Numbered from the whole stretch's first letter, positions 41,876 to 52,561 are shown. The stretch: 63,965 nt of DNA, filler included, from Octopus bimaculoides (GCF_001194135.2; 3 parts of 3 records of this genome joined end to end with filler, not necessarily neighbours in it), one strand, 5' to 3'. The notes: generated by a model not told the origin, from the letters alone. Translations and numbers: made by a program.

Positions 41876-42111
41876 NNNNNNNNNNNNNNNNNNNNNNNNN
41901 NNNNNNNNNNNNNNNNNNNTTAATTAATTAANNNNNNNNNNNNNNNNNNNNNNNNNNNNNNNNNNNNNNNNNNNNTATGCATATATACGTACAGTTATGT
42001 GCATACCGACATCCACCTGTATGTATAGGGGCAATATATATGTCTGTATGTCTTTGTATATATATATATATATATATGTATATATGTGTGTGTGTGTGTG
42101 TGTGTATATAT

Positions 42112-42193
42112 GCTATACCTCAGGCCCACCACAACCTTGTGAGTGGATTTCATACACGGAAACTGAAAGAGGACTGTCATATATATGTGTATA

Positions 42194-42242
<49 letters not shown>

Positions 42243-42453
42243 ATATGTGTGTCTATTTGTCACACTAGCATCGCTTGACAACCGATGTTGCTGTGTTTAC
42301 ATTCTGGTAACTTAGTGGTTCGGCAAAAGACACCGATAGAATAAGTACTAAGCTTACAAAGAATAAATCCTGGGGTCAATTTGTTCAAGTAAAGGTTGTG
42401 CTCCAGCATGGCCACAGTCAAATGACTGAAACAAATAAAAGAGTAAAAGAGAG
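42112..42453 (+). mobile_element. SINE family A, lacking the head
   Basis: ccttgtgagtggattt..catcgcttgacaaccgatg..gctccagcatggccacagtcaaatgactgaaac. Confidence 0.85.
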
Positions 42454-42550
42454 TATATATATATGTATATATATATATATTAAGAAGAAGGAGGCAGTCA
42501 GAATTACGAATAATTCTTTATTGAACCAGAAATAATTGAATTAAACATAC

Positions 42551-42810
42551 TGATGTAACTGAGACAACAGCTGATAAATGCGCCCTCCAGTAGACCTCTT
42601 GGATTATTGGCGCCTTTTCTTCTGAGTTTGATTGTTGCAAGAATTTCTCAATATTCCACAATGTCAAGTAACCTATTTTGTCACCAGCAGTTAATATGGT
42701 ACAGTCACCACCATGACAGATAGAAGGGAGAGAACTGCGATTATGCTTCACAAGTGGCTTCATTTTTGTTATAAGTTGAACGTTTGTGTTCCAAAATCGA
42801 CTGCAATCTT
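42551..42810 (-). CDS. WDR64: Internal exon of a WD40-repeat protein, WDR64-like (WDR49/WDR64 family)
   Basis: Acceptor ttacttccaag, donor GTATGT; 260 nt. Encodes DCSRFWNTNVQLITKMKPLVKHNRSSLPSICHGGDCTILTAGDKIGYLTLWNIEKFLQQSNSEEKAPIIQEVYWRAHLSAVVSVTS, with WD and WRAH motifs matching my recollection of vertebrate WDR64. The orthology call is from memory. The donor is better supported than the acceptor. Confidence 0.7.
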
Positions 42811-43063
42811 CTTGGAAGTAACAGCAATTACAGGATTTTAATTTCTACCATTTGGTAGAAACCAAATTACAACTGATTTAATGTCTCCATCGCTGATGAG
42901 TAATTCAGTTCCTGTGATTGCTGTTATCTTCCAAGGTGATTGCACTCGATTTTCTAACACAAATTTATAACAAAGCTGAAACAATCGTAGTTCTTTCACT
43001 TGTGTCTGCCATGATGGTGACTGTACCATATTGACTGCTAGTGACAAAATAGGTTACTTGACA

Positions 43064-43256
43064 GTTCTATATTTAAGAGATGAGGAATTATGTACATTAT
43101 TTATATTTGACGGATATTTGTCTTCATCTTGTTTGTTGTTAACACAACGTTTCAGCTGATATACCCTCCAGCCTTCATCAGGTGTCTTGGGGAAATTTCA
43201 AACTTGGGTTCTCATTCCTAAGGTATTTTTCGATGTTGTTATTATTATTATTATTA

Positions 43257-43312
<56 letters not shown>

Positions 43313-43440
43313 ATAGAAAGGATTGAGGTAACTCCTCCTGAAGATATAGAACCAGTTGAATACACGAGATGTCGAAATATTGTTCACTAGATAACAAATG
43401 ACACTCTTCTTTTAATTTTGACTTTTTATTATTATTATTA

Positions 43441-43485
<45 letters not shown>

Positions 43486-43660
43486 TCACTGCCTGGAATC
43501 GAACTCAAAATTTTGGGGTTAGTAGCCCACACTCTTAACCACTACGCCATATCCCCAAGACACCTGATGAAAACTGGAGGGTGTATCAGCCGAAATGTTG
43601 TGTTAACAACAAACAAGATGAGGACAAATATCCATCAAATGTAAATAATGTAAATAATGT
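43064..43660 (-). mobile_element. Hammerhead-bearing tRNA-headed element, most complete copy, with 13-14 bp TSD and 5' inverted tail
   Basis: TSD aggttacttgaca at 43051-43063 and 43661-43673. Minus-strand tRNA-like head 43550-43482 (tggcgtagtgg..gagttcgattcc), then (AAT)n, then tail with HHR at 43141-43188. Inverted tail copy at 43551-43660. Confidence 0.85.
43141..43188 (-). ncRNA. Minimal type-I hammerhead ribozyme motif (dimer-type stem III)
   Basis: GACAC-CTGATGA-aggctg(gagggtatat)cagct-GAAA-CG-TT-GTGTT. Stem I is GACAC/GTGTT; palindromic AACGTT replaces stem III. Confidence 0.6.
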
Positions 43661-43769
43661 AGGTTACTTGACATTGAGAAATTCTTGCAACAATCAAACT
43701 CAGAAGAAAAGGTGAAGCCTGTTTGTGTGGAAGACAGTGATTTTATTTAGCTTGATGTATCTTATCAAG

Positions 43770-43900
43770 TGCAGCAAATTATCACATCTCCTGGTAATCT
43801 TGTCATTTCCCCAGTTAAGCCCAGCATCCAAAGATTTTTTCTCACCACTTCATCTCACGTCTTCCGTAAGTATCCTCCACAATTAGAGCTCGTCTCTACT
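43770..43900 (-). mobile_element. RTE LINE 3' ORF fragment
   Basis: RKT.DEVVRKNL..LGLTGEMT resembles the end of the RTE at 55900-55945. Confidence 0.45.
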
Positions 43901-44235
43901 TTACGCAGGTGTACTCATCGATAGACATCACGTAGGGCCCCAATTAGGTGGCCCTTAAAAAAATAGACCCCGTTAAGACATTTCCTGGGACTAAGGGAGT
44001 TGCTGGTTTGTGTTTTGTTGTCCTTGCACCAACGGCCTAGGAGGAATTAACGAAAACAAAACCATAACAGACAGAGAAACATCATTCAAATTGATAATAG
44101 GATATACACACATACACATATATATATACACACACATATATATGTGTATATACACACACACACACACACATATATATATAGTAAGCAAGTGAGAAAAGAG
44201 TGTGTCATGTGTATATCTCACAATAATCCTTTCTA

Positions 44236-44437
44236 CTATAAGCACAAGGCCTGAAATCTGGCAAGAGGGACCAGTCGATTAGATCGACCTCAGTATGCAA
44301 CTGGTACCTAATTTATCAATCCCGAAAGGATGAAAGGCAAAGATGACCTTGGCAGAATTTGAACTCAGAAGGTAGCAGGAAATGAAATACTGCTAAGCAT
44401 TTCGTCTGGTGTGCTAACGGTTCTGCCAGCTCACTGC
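44236..44437 (-). mobile_element. SINE family B
   Basis: cccgaaaggatgaaaggcaaag..gaatttgaactcagaa..gctaacggttctgccagctc. Confidence 0.85.
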
Positions 44438-44694
44438 CTTTCTATATCTCACAATAATGGCCTTCACCTCCACCACCACCACAAGTATATAATTCTTTTA
44501 TCTGAAAATTCCAGCTCTGTTTTCAAAGATAAAATTGTTTATCAAGAAAGTTCCTTGACCATAATTGCCAGAAATCAACTTCCACAGTTACTGTCTTATT
44601 GTGTTCATCTAACCATGAAGAAATCATGAAAGACTTGAAGACATTTGATTAAGCATTAAGCAATATTGTATTGCTTATTTTTTTAATTCTTTTT

Positions 44695-44900
44695 ATTTTT
44701 TTACTTGTTTCAATTATTTGACTGTGGTCATGCTAGAGCACCACCTTTAATCAAACAAATCGACTCCAGGGCTTATTCTTTGTAAGCATAGTACTTATTT
44801 TGTTGGTCTCTTTTTGCCAAACTGCTAAGTTACGGGGGACGTAAACACACCAGCATCGGCTGTCAAGTGATGGTTGTAGCGGACAAACACAGACACAAAT
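44695..44900 (-). mobile_element. SINE family A, 3' half
   Basis: ttacttgtttc..gactgtggtcatgctagagcaccacc..gacgtaaacacaccagcatcgg. Confidence 0.8.
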
Positions 44901-44921
44901 AGCAAATACATAAATACATAC

Positions 44922-44964
<43 letters not shown>

Positions 44965-45047
44965 NNNNNNNNNNNNNNNNNNNNNNNNNNNNNNNNNNNN
45001 NNNNNNNNNNNNNNNNNNNNNNNNNNNNNNNNNNNNNNNNNNNNNNT

Positions 45048-46390
45048 GTAGATGTTATTCAAATTTTTTTACTTTCGACATGTTTCGAAGACAACATCCT
45101 TCATCTACTATTCGAGACAAGAAATCTAGTTGTAATAAGAAGTGTGATTTTAATTCTAATATTGACAACAACACAAAACATGATAAAATGGCATTTACAG
45201 AGTAAGGGAGGCAACCGTTATTTAAGCCCATTTTTTTCACTCTTGAGGTAATTCACCATTCTTTAGAGATAGTATCACTTACAATTTGACTGGCGCTAGC
45301 AAAACTATTTGGTTTGTTATTCCGTATGGAAGGTCAATTAAATCTAATCTTCCTTTGCAGTTCCATGAAGTGGTTAGTAAGAACTTTCCAAAAAATTCTA
45401 AATATTATTCAATTATTAATTCTCATATAGTTAGAGTTGCCTTCTCCAACACAAAGAATCTTTCACAAATTATATCTTCTCATAATACCATTCTGCTAAA
45501 TAAAAGTTCATTTACTGAGAGTTCCAACATTAATTTAGTTAATACCAGCCTTTTCCATAATAATAATTAATAATAACAACATAGTTTTGGTCTCTGAAGA
45601 CAACCCCAACAGAATTAAATTTATGTCTAATAATTCTAAGATTAAGAATTCTATATACCAATGTAAAATTACTTCCAGTACTGATGTCTATTTTTTTATT
45701 GGTGCTTCCTCTTCCCAGTTATCTCAGAGAATTTCCAATCATTATTCTTCATTTAGGGATAGTAGTAAACGCAATTGCACAGGGCTTAGTAAATTGGTTT
45801 GGTATCTTAAAGACAACAATAAGGATTTTAATTTAGATTGGTTCATCCTATCCATCTCTTTCTCTTATGACAAAGGCAAAGGATTCTGTAACATTTGCAG
45901 TTCTGAACTCTTCCATATTCTCTTCTCTAAGAATCACCTTGTTAACACGCTTATAGAGCGATGTTACAAATGTAAACATTGGCAGAAACACACCTTTAGC
46001 TCATATAAGTGATTTATACCAGTCTGTATAGTTTGAACATTAGTTCACCTTGCACTCTACTTCAATAGAGAAATCTAGTTCCAAGCCTTTGAACATTTTT
46101 TCAACCAACATATCCCTCTATGTTCTCTACTTATTTCTTTACCCCTTCTCTTCGTATGGTCGACCTTTGATGTCAGATCTACTAACGGTTATTTAAAATA
46201 CTTAATAGCATTCCGTTTATCATTTATGCAGTCATCAAAATTGTTATAATATCTTGTTGTTGAGATTGGTTCTCTTTCTTTTCTGATGAGAAGATTACAT
46301 TATTTTACACCGTTTATTCCTTTGTAATAAAACGAATGTTGTCTTCGAAACATATGTCAAAAGTAAAAGAATTTGAATAACATCTGCGTT
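45048..46390 (+). mobile_element. Penelope-like element (5' truncated: linker, GIY-YIG, 3' pLTR) with an inverted pLTR-like segment at its 5' end
   Basis: ORFs 45286-45570 (IWFVIPYG..KNFPKNSKY..IVRVAFSNTKNLSQII) and 45587-46012 (SIYQCKI..FFIGAS..RISNHY..TGLSKLVWYLK..CNICSSE..C.H). The reverse complement of 45048-45100 matches 46335-46387. Confidence 0.85.
46270..46371 (+). ncRNA. Minimal type-I hammerhead ribozyme, intact core, in the Penelope pLTR
   Basis: ctttt-CTGATGA(46283-46289)-GAAGA...TCTTC-GAAA(46347-46350)-C-ATAT-GTC-AAAAG. Stem I is ctttt/aaaag and extendable; stem II is extended; stem III is palindromic ACATATGT; GUC site ends at 46358. Confidence 0.8.
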
Positions 46391-46557
46391 TAACTCCATA
46401 TATTTACTTATACTATACAAATTAGTGCACATTAACCCGGAGTTTCTACCTTTGAATAGGTCACTACATCCTTGTTACTTGCTTGAATTTTGCTACCCTG
46501 GTAACTGTTTATTGAATTTTCCGTGATAACTGTAAACAAAGGATAATTCATTCATCC

Positions 46558-46617
<60 letters not shown>

Positions 46618-46621
<4 letters not shown>

Positions 46622-46780
46622 CAAGCTTCTTTCAGTTTGCGCTTACCGAATCCACTCACAAAGCTTTGGTCAGCCCGAGGGTATAGTAGAAGATAGTTGC
46701 CCAAGGTGCCACGTAGAGGGACTGAACCCGGAACCGTATGGTTGAGAAGCAAGCTTCTTACCACACAGCCACTCCTGCAC
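46618..46780 (-). mobile_element. SINE family A, 5' half
   Basis: gggactgaacccggaacc..cttaccacacagccactcctgc. Confidence 0.85.
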
Positions 46781-46884
46781 CTATTCTTTCTCTTTTTCCT
46801 CTTTCTCTCTGTCTCTGCTCCATTGTCATTTTTTTCACTCCATATTTCTATTTCTACTTTCCATTCTTGACTATTTTTTGTTTT

Positions 46885-46893
46885 TCACTAATG

Positions 46894-46931
<38 letters not shown>

Positions 46932-47205
46932 CACCTACACACTCACCCCCCACAAACGCCCCCACACAAACACACACATACACACACTAACACACCCACA
47001 CACAAACCCCCACACACTCACATACACTCACATACACTCACACACATCCACACACACGCCCACACACAAACACACACTAACACACATACACACTAACACA
47101 TACACACACACTAACACACACTAACACCCCCACATCCACACACACGCCCACACACAAACACACACACATACACACACTCACCCCCCCCCACACACACACA
47201 CAGAG
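46885..47205. repeat. Degenerate (CA)n-derived cryptic minisatellite
   Basis: The block cacatccacacacacgccc(c)acacaaacacacac occurs twice inside an interrupted CA array. Confidence 0.8.
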
Positions 47206-47269
47206 TCTATCCACAGAGAATGTCAACTTAAAAAAACAAAACCAAATTCATTTTATTGCTTTCTTTACA

Positions 47270-47620
47270 TTTCATCAAACTTGTATCCTTCTGAATCCTT
47301 CCGTCCATTGTTGATACACTTCTCCCAACACTTTTGTCTTTCCAGATTTGCAACAAGCCTTGAAGGCATTTTCAGGAAAATGTACAGTTCTCGAAACAAA
47401 TTTTCTTCACTTTCTTCTCCTGTCTGAAAATCAGAAATTTTTCTGAGTTGATTTCAAGTTAGAGAAGAAAATAGTCTGCAAGAATCAAATGTGGAGAGAC
47501 AGAGGACAAATATGGCGTTACGTGTGAGCAGATAAGTTGTTGTGCTGCTATTTTCATAGTCTAAGGAGAAACCCTGAAAGAAACCACATTGAGGGAATAA
47601 ATGGTCCATTGGGATCTCCA
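47270..47620 (-). mobile_element. Degenerate mariner transposase C-terminal remnant
   Basis: SPHLILADYFL (like SPDLAP.D..LF), ENAFKAC, CWEKCINNG (like RW.KC...G). Confidence 0.45.
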
Positions 47621-47812
47621 GTATTTTTCTGTTAGCCATTGCAGACCAGATTCAGCTATTTTTGGTGTCACTCCCGACAAGACAGCAAGCAACCGACAAT
47701 AAAACAGGCATCAAACAACTGTTGTAATGAACTAAAGGTTACAAATGAAAATGGAAGAAATAATATAAAAATCTAATAAGATGTACCAAGGATTGTAAAA
47801 TAATCAACACAA

Positions 47813-47998
47813 GTTCTATATTTCAGAGATGAGGAATTATGTACATTATTTACATTATTTACATTTGACGGATATTTGTCCTCATCTTGTTTGTTGTTCA
47901 CACAACGTTTTGGCTGATATACCCTCCAGCCTTCATCAAATGTCTTGGGGAAATTTTGAACCTGGGTTCTCATTCCTAAGGTATTTTTTCTATGTTAC

Positions 47999-48051
<53 letters not shown>

Positions 48052-48114
48052 TCACTGCCTGGAATTGACACCTGACGAAGGCTGGAGGGTATATCAGCTG
48101 AAACGTTGTGTTAA
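47813..48114 (-). mobile_element. Hammerhead-bearing element, copy 3 (tail, (AAT)n, truncated tRNA head, inverted tail running into a gap)
   Basis: gttctatatttcagagatgagg..; caggtcactgcctggaat as in the 43 kb copy; inverted arm from 48067. The left-arm HHR core is mutated (TTGATGA, AAAA). Confidence 0.85.
48067..48112 (+). ncRNA. Minimal type-I hammerhead motif in the inverted arm
   Basis: GACAC-CTGACGA-aggctg(gagggtatat)cagct-GAAA-CG-TT-GTGTT. Confidence 0.6.
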
Positions 48115-48727
48115 NNNNNNNNNNNNNNNNNNNNNNNNNNNNNNNNNNNNNNNNNNNNNNNNNNNNNNNNNNNNNNNNNNNNNNNNNNNNNNNNNNNNNN
48201 NNNNNNNNNNNNNNNNNNNNNNNNNNNNNNNNNNNNNNNNNNNNNNNNNNNNNAAAAAAATTAAGGTCATATTTATCTGGGAAACAAAAAGGAACAGGGT
48301 TCCATAAGACAGACGAACAAGGAAAGAAACTACTAGAGTTGAAGTATTTCTTACAGGATGTGGGAGTGAGGTACGACAGCAGTAAAAGATGAGAATTGAT
48401 GGAAAGGCAAGTCACATGTTAGTAAGATAAAAGAAGAAGAACAAAAGAAAAGATATTGGCAGAACAACAAATGAATTATCTAAATTTGCAGCATTGGCTC
48501 ACCTGAGTTATCTCTTACGAATCAGAAACACAAATACACTACACGTACACACATACAGACACACACACACACGTGTGTCTGTGGGTGTGTGTAAGTATGA
48601 AAAACATATATGTGTATGTGTGTGGTGAGAGTGTAGGAAATGCATCAATATGACAATCTCCTGCCTCTGTTACACAGATAAATCGATGACAGACGAGGTA
48701 TTGTCACACAGCTTTCACTGGTTCTGA

Positions 48728-48763
<36 letters not shown>

Positions 48764-48887
48764 GCAACAACAACAACAACTACAGCGATAATAATAATAA
48801 TAATAATAATAATAATCCTGTTTTTATTAACCACAAAGGGTTTACATTAAGAAAAACATTAAGGACAGTACAGGATAAAACACAGAA

Positions 48888-48918
<31 letters not shown>

Positions 48919-49274
48919 GCATGTGTGTGTGTGTAGTGTGTGTGTGTGTGAGTGTGTGTGTGTGTGTATGTGTGTGTGTGAGTGTGAGTTGTTGTGAAGG
49001 TTTTCTGTATAAACAAAGGAAATACAGATCCACAGAAGGCTGTTCACAGAAAAACCCCATAAAATCCACGGATGACACCCTGACTTTAGGGGCAGGTGCC
49101 TTTTTTTTTCTTTCCTTTTTTTCCAACTACAGTCATATGCTCCGGGCAGGCCCATTCACATGCACCATTCTTGCCACTTTCATCCCCCTTTCAGCAAACT
49201 GGTTTGAAGACAACACTTCCCTTTCTATCCCTAATAATAACAACAACAACTACAATAATAATACAGTAAAATGA

Positions 49275-49490
49275 ACCCCAGTAGTTACAGGTGCATTGGG
49301 AACTATCCCTAAATATTTGAACAGGTGGATAGAGGAAATAGGCATAAAACCCAGTTTAGTACAGTTCCAGAAAACAGTGTTATTAGGGACAGCTAGGATA
49401 CTAAGGAGGGTTCTTGGCATCTAAGGTTACTTGTTGTAGCCTGATGTTAGGAATTTTTATTTTCCAACAGTCTAATCTGTTGTGAGTATA
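49275..49490 (+). mobile_element. R2-superfamily RLE element 3' end, subfamily 1, ending in (TAA)n
   Basis: PVVTGALGTIPK..FQKTVLLGTARILRRVLGI*, short 3' UTR, then taataataa. Confidence 0.8.
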
Positions 49491-49526
49491 ATAATAATAA
49501 TGATGATAATAGAAATAATAATAATG

Positions 49527-49930
49527 ATCTGTTAATAGATATGTCAGTCCCACAAGATCAAAATGTCTCAAGTATAGAATATGAAAAGCTTTCTCACTAT
49601 AAAGATTTGCAAATTGAAATCACAAAAACGTAGAAGCTTAGTACTATGATAATACCAGTAATAATTGGTGCATTGGGGATGATAAAGAAGGGAGCTAAGA
49701 AGTATATTAAGCAAATCCCTGGTAACTCCAATCGCTGTGAACTACAAAAGATAACTTTGATGGGTACAGCCCATATATACTACAGAAAGCATTCTCCATC
49801 TAAAATGGAATAAATGTGGTGATAATTTTAACATGCATAGCTAAACAAAAGTGCCTTTGCTGCTCTTGGCCTCCGGAGGATGCCCGGTACTAAGGCGGGT
49901 GAAATAAAGTTATAATGGAAAGAAACCATA
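49527..49930 (+). mobile_element. R2-superfamily RLE element 3' end, subfamily 2, ending in (TAA)n
   Basis: LLIDMSVPQDQNVS..EKLSHYKDLQIEI..IPVIIGALGMIKKG..LQKITLMGTAHI. Confidence 0.85.
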
Positions 49931-50897
49931 AATAATAATAATAATAATAATAATCCTTGAGGCACAGTCAATACCCATATTTTATCTACCAATCCCTACA
50001 GAACACTGAAGAGATGGAAATAACATGGAGGGTATAGTAGTCTCTTGGCAGAAACGGCCGTAAGGAACTGTTCTTTTACTCTTTTATGCATTACTGGTAC
50101 ATCTGTCTGTAAAACACAGTCTTTGCATATGTATGTATTCTTACAAATGTTTTAGAATAAATAAATAGGCATAATAGAATGGCTAACAGTTGATATATGT
50201 CATTTCGGTATTCCCTCCATTATCTTTTTGCCATATGTATATATATACACACACACACACATATATTAGCAACTAATAGGGTATTTAATCTATATTTGTA
50301 TGNNNNNNNNNNNNNNNNNNNNNNNNNNNNNNNNNNNNNNNNNNNNNNNNNNNNNNNNNNNNNNNNNNNNNNNNNNNNNNNNNNNNNNNNNNNNNNNNNN
50401 NNNNNNNNNNNNNNNNNNNNNNNNNNNNNNNNNNNNNNNNNNNNNNNNNNNNNNNNNNNNNNNNNNNNNNNNNNNNNNNNNNNNNNNNNNNNNNNNNNNN
50501 NNNNNNNNNNNNNNNNNNNNNNNNNNNNNNNNNNNNNNNNNNNNNNNNNNNNNNNNNNNNNNNNNNNNNNNNNNNNNNNNNNNNNNNNNNNNNNNNNNNN
50601 NNNNNNNNNNNNNNNNNNNNNNNNNNNNNNNNNNNNNNNNNNNNNNNNNNNNNNNNNNNNNNNNNNNNNNNNNNNNNNNNNNNNNNNNNNNNNNNNNNNN
50701 NNNNNNNNNNNNNNNNNNNNNNNNNNNNNNNNNNNNNNNNNNNNNNNNNNNNNNNNNNNNNNNNNNNNNNNNNNNNNNNNNNNNNNNNNNNNNNNNNNNN
50801 NNNNNNNNNNNNNNNNNNNNNNNNNNNNNNNNNNNNNNNNNNNNNNNNNNNNNNNNNNNNNNNNNNNNNNNNNNNNNNNNNNNNNNNNNNNNNNNNN

Positions 50898-50953
<56 letters not shown>

Positions 50954-51267
50954 TTATATATATACATATGCATATACATACATATATATATGTATGTATG
51001 TGTATATATATGTATACACACACATACATGTATGTATATGTATATACACACACACACACATATATTAGCAACTAATAGGGTATTTAATCTATATTTGTAT
51101 GATGTGATGTATTTCAGATGTCTACTTCTGTGATGTATTTCTAAATTTTCTAACTTAATTATTTATTCGGTTGATATATACTTTGGGTGATTGAACACTC
51201 TGGTCAATACATCAATGTATCTTGTTTGAAACCAATGGAGATACAGTTACATGTGTGTATACATGAA

Positions 51268-51311
<44 letters not shown>

Positions 51312-51576
51312 CGTGTTCGTGTGTGTGTGTGTGTCAGTGTCTCTTTGTCTTCATATCATGTGATAGTTGCAAATGACTCCTTCGATTCCAATCTTCTGTG
51401 AAAACATATCTGGGGGGGGGGCGTGAGGAAATATTTTCCCTTTCCCTGGGGACAGGTGTCGTTTGACAACAGGATGAATGTCCAACTGTAGAAAATCTAC
51501 CTCAGTGAAAACCTGTTTCATTCATGCAATCATGGGGAAGTGGACATTGAAATGATGATGATGATGATGATGGTAG

Positions 51577-51631
<55 letters not shown>

Positions 51632-52101
51632 ACAGCCACNNNNNNNNNNNNNNNNNNNNNNNNNNNNNNNNNNNNNNNNNNNNNNNNNNNNNNNNNNNNN
51701 NNNNNNNNNNNNNNNNNNNNNNNNNNNNNNNNNNNNNNNNNNNNNNNNNNNNNNNNNNNNNNNNNNNNNNNNNNNNNNNNNNNNNNNNNNNNNNNNNNNN
51801 NNNNNNNNNNNNNNNNNNNNNNNNNNNNNNNNNNNNNNNNNNNNNNNNNNNNNNNNNNNNNNNNNNNNNNNNNNNNNNNNNNNNNNNNNNNNNNNNNNNN
51901 NNNNNNNNNNNNNNNNNNNNNNNNNNNNNNNNNNNNNNNNNNNNNNNNNNNNNNNNNNNNNNNNNNNNNNNNNNNNNNNNNNNNNNNNNNNNNNNNNNNN
52001 NNNNNNNNNNNNNNNNNNNNNNNNNNNNNNNNNNNNNNNNNNNNNNNNNNNNNNNNNNNNNNNNNNNNNNNNNNNNNNNNNNNNNNNNNNNNNNNNNNNN
52101 N

Positions 52102-52321
52102 TGGAAAGTTCATGCCGATTTTTAAAGGAAAAAAAAAGGTCAATAAAAAGTTACCATTACATTTTTAATCAACCAAATATGAACCATTTTGTTGCACAAT
52201 GCGTCTCCGTCTTTCCTTTAACTTGAAAATACCCTCTTCCCAGAATTGAGGTAGTTTCATGGCAAATAAGTCAAAAGGTAAGCTACTATAAATCGGCACG
52301 AACTTTCCAGACAATCCAATA
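52102..52321 (-). mobile_element. Internally deleted mariner (MITE-sized) with terminal inverted repeats
   Basis: TIR tggaaagttc(a/g)tgccgattt at 52102-52121 and, inverted, at about 52290-52309 extending to gacaatccaata. Retains FWEEGIFKLKER..IVQQNGSYLVD, a mariner C-terminus. Confidence 0.7.
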
Positions 52322-52519
52322 GTATGCATCCTCATTGGCATCCTCATTTAGCATCCATGTTTCATGCTGTTACTTAGCCCGTCTGTAACGCTTTCACATT
52401 AGTTGAAGGGAAAGGCGAAGAGAGGAAGAAAAAGGAGAGAGAATAAGAGAATAAGGCGAAGAATGAGAGAGAAAGAGGCAAAGTGCTGTGTATTAAGTCT
52501 ATAAAATTGGGCATAATGT

Positions 52520-52561
<42 letters not shown>

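Larger units (their letters stand above)
42910..43712 (+). pseudogene. Inverted, disrupted duplicate of the WD40 exon (42910-43063 and 43661-43712)
   Basis: Reverse-complement match to 42613-42835, with indels, an in-frame stop and a roughly 600-bp insertion flanked by aggttacttgaca. Confidence 0.85.

Noticed and set aside
43335-43385. CTGAAGAtat...atgtcGAAAtattGTT inside the spacer of the 43 kb element
   Set aside because: Resembles a hammerhead, but stem I does not pair and stem II needs core bases; at best a decayed relic.
43482-43550. tRNA-like sequence (A/B boxes, anticodon-like loop ctactaa)
   Set aside because: No complete acceptor stem and embedded in a repeat; treated as a SINE head, not a tRNA gene. 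The same applies to the heads of families A-D.
50232-51100. About 65-bp direct repeat on both sides of the 50303-50898 gap
   Set aside because: Overlapping contig ends at a microsatellite; most likely an assembly artefact.
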